DNA of 64,000 bases from Octopus vulgaris (taxonomy: Eukaryota). Within the stretch, counting starts at the first letter, position 1. Each line of letters opens with the position of its first letter. The stretch lies in contig OX597829.1 of the NCBI GenBank assembly GCA_951406725.2, forward strand, positions 29,760,001 through 29,824,000. Direction: 5' to 3'. The position numbers and the translations under genes were made by a program. A model generated the notes under the pieces. That model saw only the letters and a program-made list of their open reading frames with translations, made no database searches and was not told the origin of the DNA. Below, piece after piece: positions 11,143 through 23,454 of the stretch.

Positions 11143-12444
11143 CAGGGTGGGCAGAAAGGATGGACATTTTTTGAAAATTTCCCAAAATCATTAATAAACA
11201 AATTTTATTGACATCATTGTATTGGTGTTGAATTAGCATTCGTCAAAATCAAATGTGGAAAACAACATTCATCATGTGGTGTCCATTTTCACTGATGCAT
11301 TTCTGAAGGCAATCTTAGAAGTTGGCCTCCACTCTCTCTGGCATTGCTCTATCCATTTGAGCACCTTCCATGTAAATAGTTTCTTTCAAATCATCCTATA
11401 TATGTGGCTTATGTGCATAAACACATGCCTTAGGTTTCCCACAAGAAACAATCACACATGGACAAATCAGGGGACCAAAAGAGCCAAGGAATTTTAGCTA
11501 ACCTAGAAATGAAGCAGTCACTAAATTGAAGGCAAAGATTGTCTATTGATGCTCTGGCTGTGTGGGCCATTGCCCCATCCTGCTGAAATAGGCATACGTT
11601 TTCGTCGTAATTCAAGCACAAAGAAGTTGTTTATCATCTCGATGTAACGCTCGGAGTTCACAGTAACAGCATTTTCATTATTGTCTTCAAAAAAACGTAA
11701 GGACTAATGATGGCAACTTTTCCAACAGCACACCAAACCGCCACTTTCAGGCTGTGCAGTAGTCTTTTATGTAGTGTTCGCAGATTTTCAAGAGCCCAAT
11801 AATGACAATTCTGTTGATTTACCATGCCATTGTGATGAAAATGATCTTCATCACTCATTAACAAAATGAGGTTGTCATTTGCCTCAAAAATTGCTTTCAC
11901 CTGACGTGTGAAGTTAAGCCACTGTGCATAATCCCATGGTTTTCAACTGTTGCCCAATGAGCATTTGTATGGGTGGAAATGCAGGTCTTCATGCAAAATA
12001 TGCTTTACCGATCGATTACCAATGCCAACTTCAGTGGAATGCTTCCAAGCAGTGTTATTTGGACTTTATATCAAAACTTGTCTGATGCATTTCACATTTT
12101 CTGGGATCCATACCATTCAGTCTCCTATTCATAAGTATACCTCATGTACGAAGTGCATTCACCCAATATAAGATTGTGTTATGGGTGGAAACAGCCTGAT
12201 TTTGGTAAATGCTGAAGTGGTGCCAAAACTCATGCTGAATTGCTGTGACAGTCTCATTATTCTTCATGTAACTGTTATAGGCAAATAGACGATGCTCTAT
12301 CATCCACAGGACCATGGCTTCACCTGAAAAGGAAAACAAATGCTAAGACTCCATGGAACAAATGGACCTGTCGGACATATGTCCCTCCCACTGAGGCTGA
12401 GTAATAGCCATTTCAAAAAGGTCGGTCCTCTCTACCCCACCCTG
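11143..12444 (-). mobile_element. Tc1/mariner-superfamily (maT/DD37D-like) transposon, decayed full-length copy
   Basis: Imperfect TIRs cagggtgggcagaaagga..tttttgaaa and tttcaaaaagg..tctctaccccaccctg, TA on the left, about 1.3 kb. Remnants MSDEDHFHHNGMVNQQN, FQQDGAMAHTA, WSPDLSMCDCFLW and an N-terminal HTH-like segment. Confidence 0.85.
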
Positions 12445-13259
12445 TGTGTGTGTATATATATGCATGTTCTTTCTCTTTTTAATGTTAGAGTAAACTTTGA
12501 CAGGCCAGGTTGTGAAGGAAAATATCTTCTTTTAGCCATCACCCTTTAAATGTTAAGAAGGCTTTGCAGAATTTTATACTTCCAGATTCTGGGATCATTT
12601 GCAGCATATAAATTAAAGATCTGCAGTAAAAAAATAGAAAGAAAAAGATCAAGAGTCAACAAATACATTTCCTGCTGATGGTTGGTCTTCTTAATATTCA
12701 GTAAATATGGTCACCCTGTGTTTTTTTATTCATATATTTTAAGTAAATATCTTTACCTATTTGAAAAAATATTTTTATCTACCAAATTATGATTCCTGAC
12801 ACTTTTCTTATTCAAAGTTAATATGACCATTTTTACTCTTTTTTCTACAGGTGATGGTGCAGTGTTGAATGGGCATAAACAACAGATGATATAATTTTAT
12901 TGAAGCATGAAGCATGAAATATGGATAAAATTGGATTCTGTCAGCAAGTTTAATGGAATAAGTCATGAACAGAAAGGTCATCTCTACCAACCTCATGACA
13001 TGGGGGGGAAAAAACACAGCAGATGAGTGAATGAGATGCCCTGTGTGGTCATTAGATCTGTTAGAAATAGTAGTTAAAATCTTCCTTAAATAACATGATG
13101 CTGAGGGAAGAAAAAGGGGAAGGCACAAACTGGATACCATGGCCCCTGGATATGCAAAAAAAAAAATTGTCTTTTGATAAGACTGCCACCAACAAGGCTG
13201 ACCATGGGCTGAACAATAGCAACAATAAAACAACAGAATAATTGTGGCAAAGCTGGTAG

Positions 13260-13876
13260 CGGAAGGTGTATTAGTATGTTGTGGTTGTGGTAGTGGTGGT
13301 ATTAGTTGTGGTTGCTGTAGTTATAGTGATGGTTATTGTGGTGGTAATAGTGGTGGTGGTGGTGGTGGTGGTGGTGGTGGTGGTGGTGATGGCAGTCGAG
13401 ATGATGGCAGTGGAGGTGATGGTGGTGGAGGTGATGGTGGTGGAGGTGATGGCAGTGGAGATGTTGGCAGTGGTGGCTGGTGGTGGCGGTGCTGGTACTG
13501 CTGGTGGTGGCAATGGTGGCAACTTTGGCAGCAATGGTTGTAGTGATGTTGGGTGTGGTGATTTGTAGTGGTAGTAATGTTTGTCGGTGTAGTGATCCTG
13601 GTGGTGGTGGTGATGGTGGTGGTGGTGATGATGGTGGTGGTGGTAGTTGTGGTAATAGTGGTGTTTGTAATGGTGAAGTAGTAGTGTGTGGGAGGTAGTA
13701 TTAACACGTGTTGTTGTTGTGGTAGGGAGGTGCAGAATAGAGTAAGAGATAGTGTTTAGATAGTGTGGAAGTGGTGTTTATATAGTGTTAATATGAAGGT
13801 GGAAAAGATGATGATGGGAGGGGTGGAAGTTGTGGTGGAGGTACTGATGGAGGTGGTTGCAGTGGTGTTGGTAGCA

Positions 13877-13923
<47 letters not shown>

Positions 13924-14365
13924 CAGCAGTGGTGGTGGCGGTGGTGGTGGTGGCGGTGGTGGTGGTGGTGGTGGTGGTGGTGGTGGTGGTGGTGGTGGTG
14001 GTGGTTGGAAGTTGCGGTGGGGTAGTGATGGTGGTTGTGGTGAAGGTGGTGGTGACGGTGGTGGTGATGATGATGAGAATAACGAGGTGGGGGGGGATGT
14101 TTAATTAGATTTATTTCTGTTGTCATTGTTGGTGGCAATGATGGCAGTGGTGGCGATGGCAATGGCGGTGGTGGTGTTGGTGGTGATGGTGGTAGTGGTG
14201 GCAGCAGTTGCGGCGGCGGTGGTGACGTTGGTGGTAGCAGTGGTGGTGGTGGTAGTGGTGGTGACAGAGATGCCGGTGGTGGTGGTGGTGGTGGTAGCAG
14301 CAGTAGTAGTAGTGGTTTTGGTGTCAATGAAGGTAGCACCATTGGTGATGGCAGTGGTGGTGTGA
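13260..14365. repeat. (GGT)n/(AGT)n low-complexity tract
   Basis: Directly visible. Confidence 0.9.
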
Positions 14366-15137
14366 ATGCTGTAATACTAGGGGTGGTAATGGGGTGTTTA
14401 AATAATGGAGTTGCTGTTGTAATGTTGTTGTTGTTGGTGGTGGAGCTGCTGCTGCTGCTGCTTGTGGCGCTTCAGTAACAGTGTTTTGACGATGTTGGTG
14501 CTGGTGTCAGTGCTGGGGTTAACATGCACAGTGTTATGAAGGTTTTTCAACATGTACATAAGACAACTAACATACACCCATAAACACTTAGATTCAATAC
14601 GCACCCTTTCACATTATTTCACTGTTTCCTTGATGCGCATACTCTACATACATAAACTCAAGCACACACACACACACACACACACAAAGAAGTAGAGAAA
14701 AAAAAAGAAAGAAAGGCATATAAAAACAGGAACAAAAAACAAAAACAGATATCTTTATACCACACATGCACACACACACTCACACACATACACACACACA
14801 CACACACTAAAACACACACACACATACACACACACACAAGCACTATATCTGGTGACATCATAACTTGTTTGTTTGCGCCATCTGCCTTGTCTCTTGGTGG
14901 TTCCCACCATCTGCTTTGCAGACTGCAAACATATATATGTATATATATATATAAACATACACATATAATACATACATATATGTATATATGCCTATATATA
15001 TGTATGTGCCTGAAATTACTGTCAGCCTTTACCTTGTAAAAGTCATTGTAAGGGTTAATAAATGCATATTCTGCAAAAAGTATTAAGTAATCTCCAACAT
15101 CAAATCGCTATACATAACATGAAATTCTTTTAAAATG

Positions 15138-15138
<1 letters not shown>

Positions 15139-15168
<30 letters not shown>

Positions 15169-15260
15169 CATACATACATACACACACACACATACATACA
15201 TACACACATACATACACACATACATACATACATACACACATACATACATACATACATACA

Positions 15261-15293
<33 letters not shown>

Positions 15294-15380
15294 TAATTTT
15301 TTCTATGTTTATGTTGATAGATAGATTGACTGACAGACAGACCAACAAACAGGCAGACATACAAACAGACAGACAGACAG

Positions 15381-15468
<88 letters not shown>

Positions 15469-15475
15469 GTATAGA
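15139..15475. repeat. (TACA)n and (GATA)n microsatellites
   Basis: Directly visible. Confidence 0.9.
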
Positions 15476-15664
15476 TGTAAATAGATATGCATTTGTCTAT
15501 TCCATTCCATTATTGTTGATCCATCAGTGAATGAAGCCAGAATATGCAGTAGATGCCTGACCATTCTGACCAATTACATGCTTGATGGGATAATCCAGTA
15601 ATTGGGCGATTAGCCTTACTCTCAACACTTATTCATACATACGCAACCCCTCACAAACACACAT

Positions 15665-16390
15665 ACAGAATGTGGTGATTAAACTGTCGTCTAAATTACA
15701 CAGAAATGAAAATAACACTGACATCTCGTTTTAACAGAAATATTTACCAAAATTACATAAAAATATCTTGAAATACTAAACAGTAAAATTTATTCAATAA
15801 AATCACCATTGGCTTCAACAACAGCCTCCAGATGACTTCAGAATCTTCTGCAACTCTTCTGGATGGTCTCTTTGTTTAAACTGGTGAAATGCTGCCATAA
15901 TCCTTGCCTTCAGTTCATCTTTGGTGTTACAAGGAGTTTTGTTGGTCTCTTGCTCAACTGCACCCCACACATAATCAAGGGGGTAGCAGTCTGGGGAATT
16001 AGGTGGCCAGATGAATTAGGTGGTCACATCATGTTAGGGGTGATGTGGTCACAGAAATTGTGTGACAGCCATGACTGGGTTCTCCTGCTTGTGTGTCATG
16101 GTGTAGAGTCCTGTTGCCAGACATAGGGTCTTCCAGCAGCCATCTTCTTGATCCAGGGCAGTACTACCTCCTCCAGGCACTTGATGTGGACCTCCATGTT
16201 GAGTCTGAAGCCATGTGGGAAGACGAATGGAAGCATAATGTCGCCATCACTAGTGATCACCTTAAGCACCATGATGTTGACTGGGTGTTTAATTTTTATC
16301 ACTCTCACTATATGCCTCAGACTGCACTATCCTCAGATTGACACTCAAACACTCTGAAATGTTTGTATTGGAGCTTCCAGCATGAATGCC
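15665..16390 (-). mobile_element. mariner/maT-like transposase remnant (3' half and right end)
   Basis: KHPVNIMVL..ITSDGDIMLPFVF..LEEVVLPWI..GRPYVWQQDSTP; reverse-strand atctggccacctaattccccagactgc reads WPPNSPD. Confidence 0.75.
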
Positions 16391-16739
16391 AAGCAGTATA
16401 TTTATTGGTATCTGATTGTTGGATATTGTTAACCAAATTCATTTAAAACTGAGTGCTTTATTGATATCTGCCTGGATTTTTTAAACCCTTTTTTTTTTAG
16501 ATTATATATATAATATATGTATATAAAATATACATAATGGGGGAGCAGCAGGATAGCGATGGTATAGTTGGCAGTGGAGAGGACAGGAAAGGAGAGAGTT
16601 AAGAAAAACACCATTTGGTTGCATGAGCGAATGGTTGGGTGTGATACAAGTGTGGTGCATGATGAGAAGTAGTTTGGGCCATTGGAGTGGGGGTGGATGT
16701 AATGTGTGGATGAAGAGCACATAATACACAGTGTTGTCA

Positions 16740-17890
16740 GAACTTAGTTTCCCTGAGGTAGGCAGGTCTTCTCAAGAATCTCATATTGCCAAACATCCTG
16801 GTCCATTATCACGAAGGAGATGACAAAGGATCATCTTGAGATTGGTTGGCTCTCACTATTTCATCTTATGTCTTCCATCCACCTTAAGCGATCAGTAGTT
16901 CTTTATACAGCTATTCTCGTCCATATGCATCACAAACCAAAGCATTTCAATCTTGTCTGTTGCATGCTACATCTGATTCCTCTTATGCCTAATTTTTCTC
17001 TCAACACATTTACACTTTGTTGCTCATGTACACTGATGTTGCATATCCATTGGACCATACTAGCTTCATTTCTCTCCAGTCTTTGCATTTTTCTTGCATT
17101 CAAAGCTTATGTCTCAATACCATTTAGTATAGCCATTCATGCACAAGTATCACACATACTCTTCCTTTCAGTTTAAGAAAGAGGCCTTTTCTTGCCAACA
17201 GCTCTCTGAACTTTCCCCATCCTATTCTTATTCTAGCAACTATACTTTCAGAACATCATCCCCCATAGTTAATTTGGTCACCAAGGTAATTGACACTGTC
17301 TACACTCTCTAGAGAGCTTCCTGAGCATTTGAGAAAATGAAATTCTTGAAATTCTTGTGCATCTGCCACATACAAAGTCAACTTTTTCTGTTAACCTACC
17401 TGTAGTTCCACTGTACCTCTTTTGTGCCAATAGTTTGTACTAGGTGCATCAAATGGTATTCTTTCCAACACCTTTCCTACAAATTGAGCAGGACTATTTA
17501 TCTAAAGGATAAAGAGTCCTATTTTTTTTTTTTTGCTAACTACAACTTTGGTCATTGTGAGCTTAACTTTAAGGCTCTTTGATTCAAAGTTTTGCTTTCA
17601 TACCTTAGATTTCTTTACCAATTCTGTTACAGAATCTAATTTAAGAGTGAAGTCATCAGCATGTAATAGTTTCCAAGGGCAGCTGGTCTAAATTTCTCAG
17701 TTATAGCCTGGAACACTATGAGGCAACTGAAAACTGAACTCTGGTGAACTCCTACTTGTACACTAAATTCATCACTGTGTTCATAGCTGACTCTCCTTGT
17801 ATAGGAATACATGGCTTGTATGACTCTAACAAGCCTTTCATCTATTCTTAACTTCCTTAGGAGACCACTTGATAACAGAGTGAGGGACTG
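16740..17890 (-). mobile_element. Degenerate RTE LINE (RT to 3' UTR)
   Basis: LRKLRIDERLVRVIQAMY..EFSVQVGVHQSSV and WGKFRELL; collinear with 19850-21000. Confidence 0.8.
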
Positions 17891-17894
17891 TTGA

Positions 17895-17953
<59 letters not shown>

Positions 17954-18516
17954 TGTGTACATGCAAGTGGTTTTCTTCCTGCTTCTAATATTATGATTTG
18001 ATAGTGCAATATTATCTATCTGCCTGCCTCCCACCCTATCTATCTAATCTCTTTCTTGCCTCCCTCTCCCTTTACACACACAAACACACACACACACACA
18101 CACACACGCAGACACACACACACACACGCAGACACACACACACAGACACACACACACACATATACAGATACACACACATGTATCCTGCAAATCGATGATG
18201 AGAATTACCAAGGCAAGACAGATGGTCTAAAGAAACAAGCTATGATGTCACTAAATATAGAGTGAGTGAGTGAGTGTGTGTGTGTGTATGTGTGTGTGTG
18301 TGAATATGTAAGTACATATGTATGTGTCTGTGTGTGTTATGTGTGGGTGTATGTATGTATGTATGTATGTATGTATGTATGTATGTATGTATGAATGTAT
18401 GTATGTATGTGAATGTGTATATATAAAATATAAAGAGCAAAATTGAACTAAAGCATACATCCCAATGTCGCCAGTTGCATTAATTTTGACAACTAACACA
18501 AAAAGGTATATTAAAT

Positions 18517-21500
18517 ACGAGGAGGGAACCAGGCTGCTGGAGTTCTGCGATGCAAATAATCTTATGATTTGCAACACTAACTTCAGGAAACCTACCAGCC
18601 ACCTAGTCACCTACCGATCGGGCCAACATACCAGCCAAATTGACCACATCCTTGCCAGGCAAAGGGAAAGATGGCTACTTATAAATGCCAAAACCTTCCC
18701 AGGCGAAGAATGTACCCCACAACATAGACTGGTAGTTAGTGACTTTAGGATCAGGACTAGGAGGACAACCAGAAGACGACCAACATGGAGAAGAAGGATC
18801 TGGAAGCTTAAAGATCCTGCGAATGGACAGAGATTTAGGGATATGCTACTTGAAGCCTTTGATGAAGTAGAAGGGGATAGAGTATCACATGGGGTAGAGG
18901 GCAACTGGACGTTTCTAAGGGACAACCTGCTGAGAGCCACTGACCAGATCTGTGGCTGGTGCAAAGTCCCCTCTCGACCTAAGGTAACGTGGTGGTGGAA
19001 CAGTGTTGTAGACAGGGCTATTAGAGAAAAGAGACAGACTTGGAAGCACTGGAAGAATGGTGGTAGCAGGGAATTGTATCAGACTGCTAAAAGGGAAGCT
19101 AGGAGACAGGTCTATCTAGCCAGAGGGGAAGCAGATAAGAAAAAATTTGCCAATGTTCTGCACCGTGAGGACCAAAGACTGGAGGTGTTTCACGTTGCAA
19201 GACAGTGTGTGAGAGAGAATTGTGATGTGGTAGGAGAGAAGTGTGTTTGCATGGAAGATGGTTCACTTGTGCTAAACGAGGATGCAAAGAGAGAGGCTTG
19301 GAGACGCCACTATGAAAGGTTGCTGAATAAAGAAAATGAATGTTGACCCAACAGAGGGACCAGCTATCAGGGTTGATAGTTCCTTGGTAGTTAAGGCAAT
19401 TAGAAGCATGAAGACAGGGAAAGCCCCAGGCCCATCAGGTATCACTGCAGAGATGCTCAAAATATCTGGTAGTGTCGGCTATAGCCTACTCACCGGTATA
19501 GTTAATCAGGTGATACACGAAGGAGTCATACCCAATAACTGGTGTAGCAGCATAATAGTCAACTGCTACAAAGGTAAAGGTGATGCCCTAGATACAAATA
19601 ATTACAGAGGTATCAAGCTGTTGGATCAGGTGATGAAGGTTACAGAGAGGGTCATAAGCCAACTAATTAGAGAGAGAGTTAGTTTAGATGAGATGCAGTT
19701 TGGGTTCATGCCAGGGAAAAGTACCACTGATGCTATATTCCTGGTAAGGCAGCTGCAGGAGAAATACCTAGCCAAAGATAAGCCCCTGTACCTGGCTTTT
19801 GTTGACATGGAGAAAGCCTTCGACAGGGTCCCCCGATCCCTCATCTGGTGGTCAATGAGGAAACTAGGGATAGATGAATGGTTAGTGAGAGCTGTGCGAG
19901 CCATGTACAGGGACGCTGCTAGTAAGGTGAGGGTTGGCAACGAGTACAGAGAAGAATTCCGGGTAGAGGTAGGGGTCCACCAAGACTCAGTCCTCAGCCC
20001 CCTCCTATTTATCATAGTCCTCCAGGCTATAACGGAGGAATTCAAGACAGGATGCCCCTGGGAGCTCCTCTATGCTGATGACCTTGCTCTAATTGCTGAG
20101 TCACTATCAGAACTGGAGGAGAAGTTTCAGGTGTGGAAGCAAGGTTTAGAATCGAAGAGCCTTAGAGTCAATCTAGCTAAAACCAAAGTCGTAATAAGTA
20201 GGAAGGTAGACAAATCACAAACGCCTTCAGGTAGATGGCCCTGCTCGATCTGTAGAAAAGGTGTAGGTAGAAACTCTATAAGATGCACCAAGTGTAAGCT
20301 ATGGACACATAAGAGGTGCAGCAATGTCAAAGGAAGGCTAACTAGGAAGATGGTTTTTGTATGTGGCAGATGCTCGGGAGCATTAACCTCTGAAAATCTG
20401 CAGAAAACAACTTCCGTCACTTTCCAGGGGGAAAAACTAGAAGTAGTTGATAGCTTCCGTTATCTTGGTGACCAAGTCAGTAGTGGCGGTGGGTGTGCTG
20501 AAAGTGTAATGGCTAGAGTAAGAATAGCCTGGGCAAAGTTTAGGGAGCTCTTACCTCTGCTGGTGACTAAAGGCCTCTCGCTCAGAGTAAAAGGCAGACT
20601 GTATGATGCATGTGTACGAACAGCCATGCTACATGGCAGTGAAACGTGGGCTGTGACAGCTGAGGACATGCGTAAGCTCGCGAGAAATGAAGCCAGTATG
20701 CTCGACAGAGCATTAGTACCCTGAGAGAAATGTTGGACCTAAGGAGCATCAGTTGTGGTGTGCAAGAGAGACGATTGCGCTGGTATGGTCATGTGGCGAG
20801 AATGGATGAAGATAGGTGTGTGAAAAAGTGCCAATCCCTAGCAGTGGAGGGAACCCGTGGAAGAGGTAGACCCAGGAAAACTTGGGACGAGGTGGTGAAG
20901 CACGACCTTCGAACTTTAGGTCTCACTGAGGAAATGACCAGCGACCGAGACCTTTGGAAATATGCTGTGCGTGAAAAGACCAGGCAGGACAAGTGAATCC
21001 AGCCCACTTATGCATGCCATTCCTCCCTTGGACACACAAAGACCTGTTGAGGCAAGCGAAGTCGATATCGAACCTCATCCAACGACAGGCATCTATGCCA
21101 ACCTGTTGCGAAGACCTGTTGGGGCAAGTGAAATCGGAATCGAAATTAAACCAATCCTATGACTGGCACCCGGCAGAAGCCAGGACCCCTGGACTGGAGA
21201 TACGTAAAAAGCACTATCCGAATCGTGGCTGATGCCAGCGCCGCCTCGACTGGCTTCCGTGTCGGTGGCACGTAAAAAGCGCCATCCGAATCGTGGCCGA
21301 AGCCAGTGCCGCCTCGACTGGCTTCCGTGCAAGTGGCACGTAAAATGCACCAATCCGACCGTGGCCGATGCCAGCCTTGCCTGGCACCAGTGCAGGTGGC
21401 ACGTAAAAAGCACCCACTACACTCACGGAGTGTTGGCGTTAGGAAGGGCATCCAGCTGTAGAAACATTGCCAGATAAGACCGGAGCCTGGTGCAGCCTTC

Positions 21501-21583
21501 TGGCTTCCCAGATCGCTGGTCGAACCGTCCAACCCATGCTAGCATGGAGAATGGACGTTAAACGATGATGATGATGATGATGA
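18517..21583 (+). mobile_element. Young 5'-truncated RTE LINE (end of APE endonuclease, RT, PHD-like finger, 3' UTR, (GAT)n tail)
   Basis: ORFs 18465-19346 (SQIDHIL, PQHRLVV), 19336-20724 (KAPGPSG, NYRGIKLL, QFGF, FVDMEKAFD, GVHQDSVLSP, LYADD) and 20730-20996 (RRLRWYGHV, RGRGRPRKTW) are split by small deletions; tail at 21564-21583. Confidence 0.95.
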
Positions 21584-21586
21584 TTG

Positions 21587-22272
21587 AGTTTCTCAAAAAT
21601 AACTACATCGACTCATCAATGCTGGAAGGTAGGATTTATGGTGTTCCTGGAGCACAGTGACATCGTTCAACAACTCACCAGAGCAGCTCAAGGGAACAAA
21701 TGTGATACTGTGGCTGGATTTGACAAATACTTATGGGTCTATATCACAGGTTAGCTGAACCTGCACTGCATTGGCACCATTTTTCTGGCAAGCTCAGAAC
21801 CTGATTCAGGATAGCTAGAATAATTTCAGATTGAGGGTCACTTCAGGGTCAGGAACATCATATTGGTATTGACTGTTTTATTACTCTTCCTATGAATTTA
21901 GAGTCTAAAACAGCTGAGATGGAAAGTAGAGATTCCTAACTAAATCTGGTGTACATCAGCTCAACAATAAGAGCATTTAATGGATGATGTTATGATCATA
22001 ACAACATTGATCCTTAGAAGAAGTTGACAGGTTCTACTTGGTATTGAGAAACTTGTTACCAAGGCAAAGATAAGTTTTAAGTCTGCCAAGTCGAGTTCCA
22101 TGACATTAAAGAAAGGGAGAGTGGTTGACAAATTTCATTTCTCAATATCTGGAATTACCATCTTCTCCACTATGGAGCAACTAGGCATGAGTCAAGGGAA
22201 GCTCTTTGACTTGGCTCAAGAAGTCTACTACCGTTCAAAAATTCAAGAACTACCTTAATTTTAGATCACAAC

Positions 22273-22335
<63 letters not shown>

Positions 22336-22770
22336 CGGATACACAACTAAAAGCATAGGTGGACCTCTGATACGCAGCATCTGGTTACTTGTCAAATTGG
22401 AGAGACAGTTTTCGCAGCACATGGTACAAACATTACTCTAGCCAGACATGGTCATCACCTCTGAGGCAAGAAAACAACCAATCATACAGGAACTTATAAT
22501 ACTCTTGGAATAGTATATTGAAGAATATAATGGAAGGAAATGTGTAAAGTACCAGGGACTGGTGGGAAAGTGTCAAACAGATTATAAATATGAGTCTATG
22601 GAGTTGACAGTAGAAAATTTTGCTAATTCTGCAAAGTCCTTAAGGAATTGGGACTTACAAGGGTGATAATGAAGAGGTCCATTCAGTCTGCAACAGAATC
22701 TACAGAGAAAGACACAATGTTGCTTTCAATTAAGAGGGTTGGCCTATGGACTGTTGCTGTTAAGACGCAA
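21587..22770 (+). mobile_element. HERO-like RLE-type non-LTR retrotransposon remnant
   Basis: Degenerate NYIDSS..GVPG, LWLDLTNTYGSI, MDD, FKSAKSSSMTLKKGRVVDKFHFSISG, GKLFD; after an (AG)n interruption, PDMVITSEARKQPIIQEL..IEEYNGRKCVKYQGL (PD..ExK nuclease region). Confidence 0.7.
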
Positions 22771-23159
22771 GTTCAAACTCTCCCATTTTATTTTACCTTT
22801 TCTGTATGTTCTCTATGAGCTAAATATTGAAATCAAAGAAAACTTGGACAATAATACAAATATTTTACGTGGTTTTATTTATTTATTTATTTATTTATCT
22901 ATTGTCTATATAATAAATTCAGTCTGATTGCACAATGATCGACCCAGTGAGGAGCATTTGAAGCTTCAAACTGTTTGGGCCCTCTCTGATGATGAAAATG
23001 AAAATATTAAAACATGTCTAACATTTTAATCAATGGTTCAATTTGAACATGTTTTGTATCATTTACTTTCAAATAAAATGATTGAATTGTATGTAGTTTA
23101 TGCTTATAGGGTGTTGTGTTTATGATAAAACTATAACTCCATTAAAATATGAACTTTTA

Positions 23160-23400
23160 TCTTTTATCTTTTATCTTTCACTGTGGCCATGCAGGTACAA
23201 TACCTTGAAGAATTTTAGTTGAACTAATCAACCCCAGTACTTATTTAAAAAAAAACTGATACTTATTCTACTGGTCTTTTTTGCTGAACTGCTAAGTTAC
23301 AGGTATGTAAACACACCAACACTGGTTGTCAAGTGGTAGTAGGGAATAGACACAAGCAAAAAGCACACAACAACATAGATATATACATATATATACATGC
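23160..23400 (-). mobile_element. 3' part of a GTAAAAGA-tail SINE
   Basis: ctgtggccatgc..gctaagttac..acaccaacactggttgtcaag matches the family. Confidence 0.65.
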
Positions 23401-23454
23401 ATGCATATATATATATACATACACCCATCCATCCATACATATATATATATACAT

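Larger units (their letters stand above)
985..12894 (+). pseudogene. Multi-exon MFS (SLC46-like) transporter, C-terminal half; disrupted or mis-assembled
   Basis: AG/GT-bounded exons: 985-1082, 1274-1338, 5421-5477, 6103-6196 (in-frame TAG at 6127), 9308-9356, 9444-9526, 12586-12680, 12851-12894. The first four are phase-compatible; 9308-9356, 9444-9526 and 12586-12680 each need a 1-nt frameshift. Spliced product LKEDNDQHMGTENQALVHSYLFSKFTAVFLPNTTSGILLVYIYINNVGGLLAMQVMGAFIVLCYKEMDMYWSHVGIFKSSA*HLGKIVLLTLASSHPKFFLEKFDLVCFVIIYLSV..DFILLGIIQNSYMIALVLFF.. has MFS-like alternating transmembrane segments. Family assignment is inference. Confidence 0.45.

Noticed and set aside
19626-20669. Antisense ORFs over the RTE RT
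   Set aside because: Shadow frames of the LINE coding strand.
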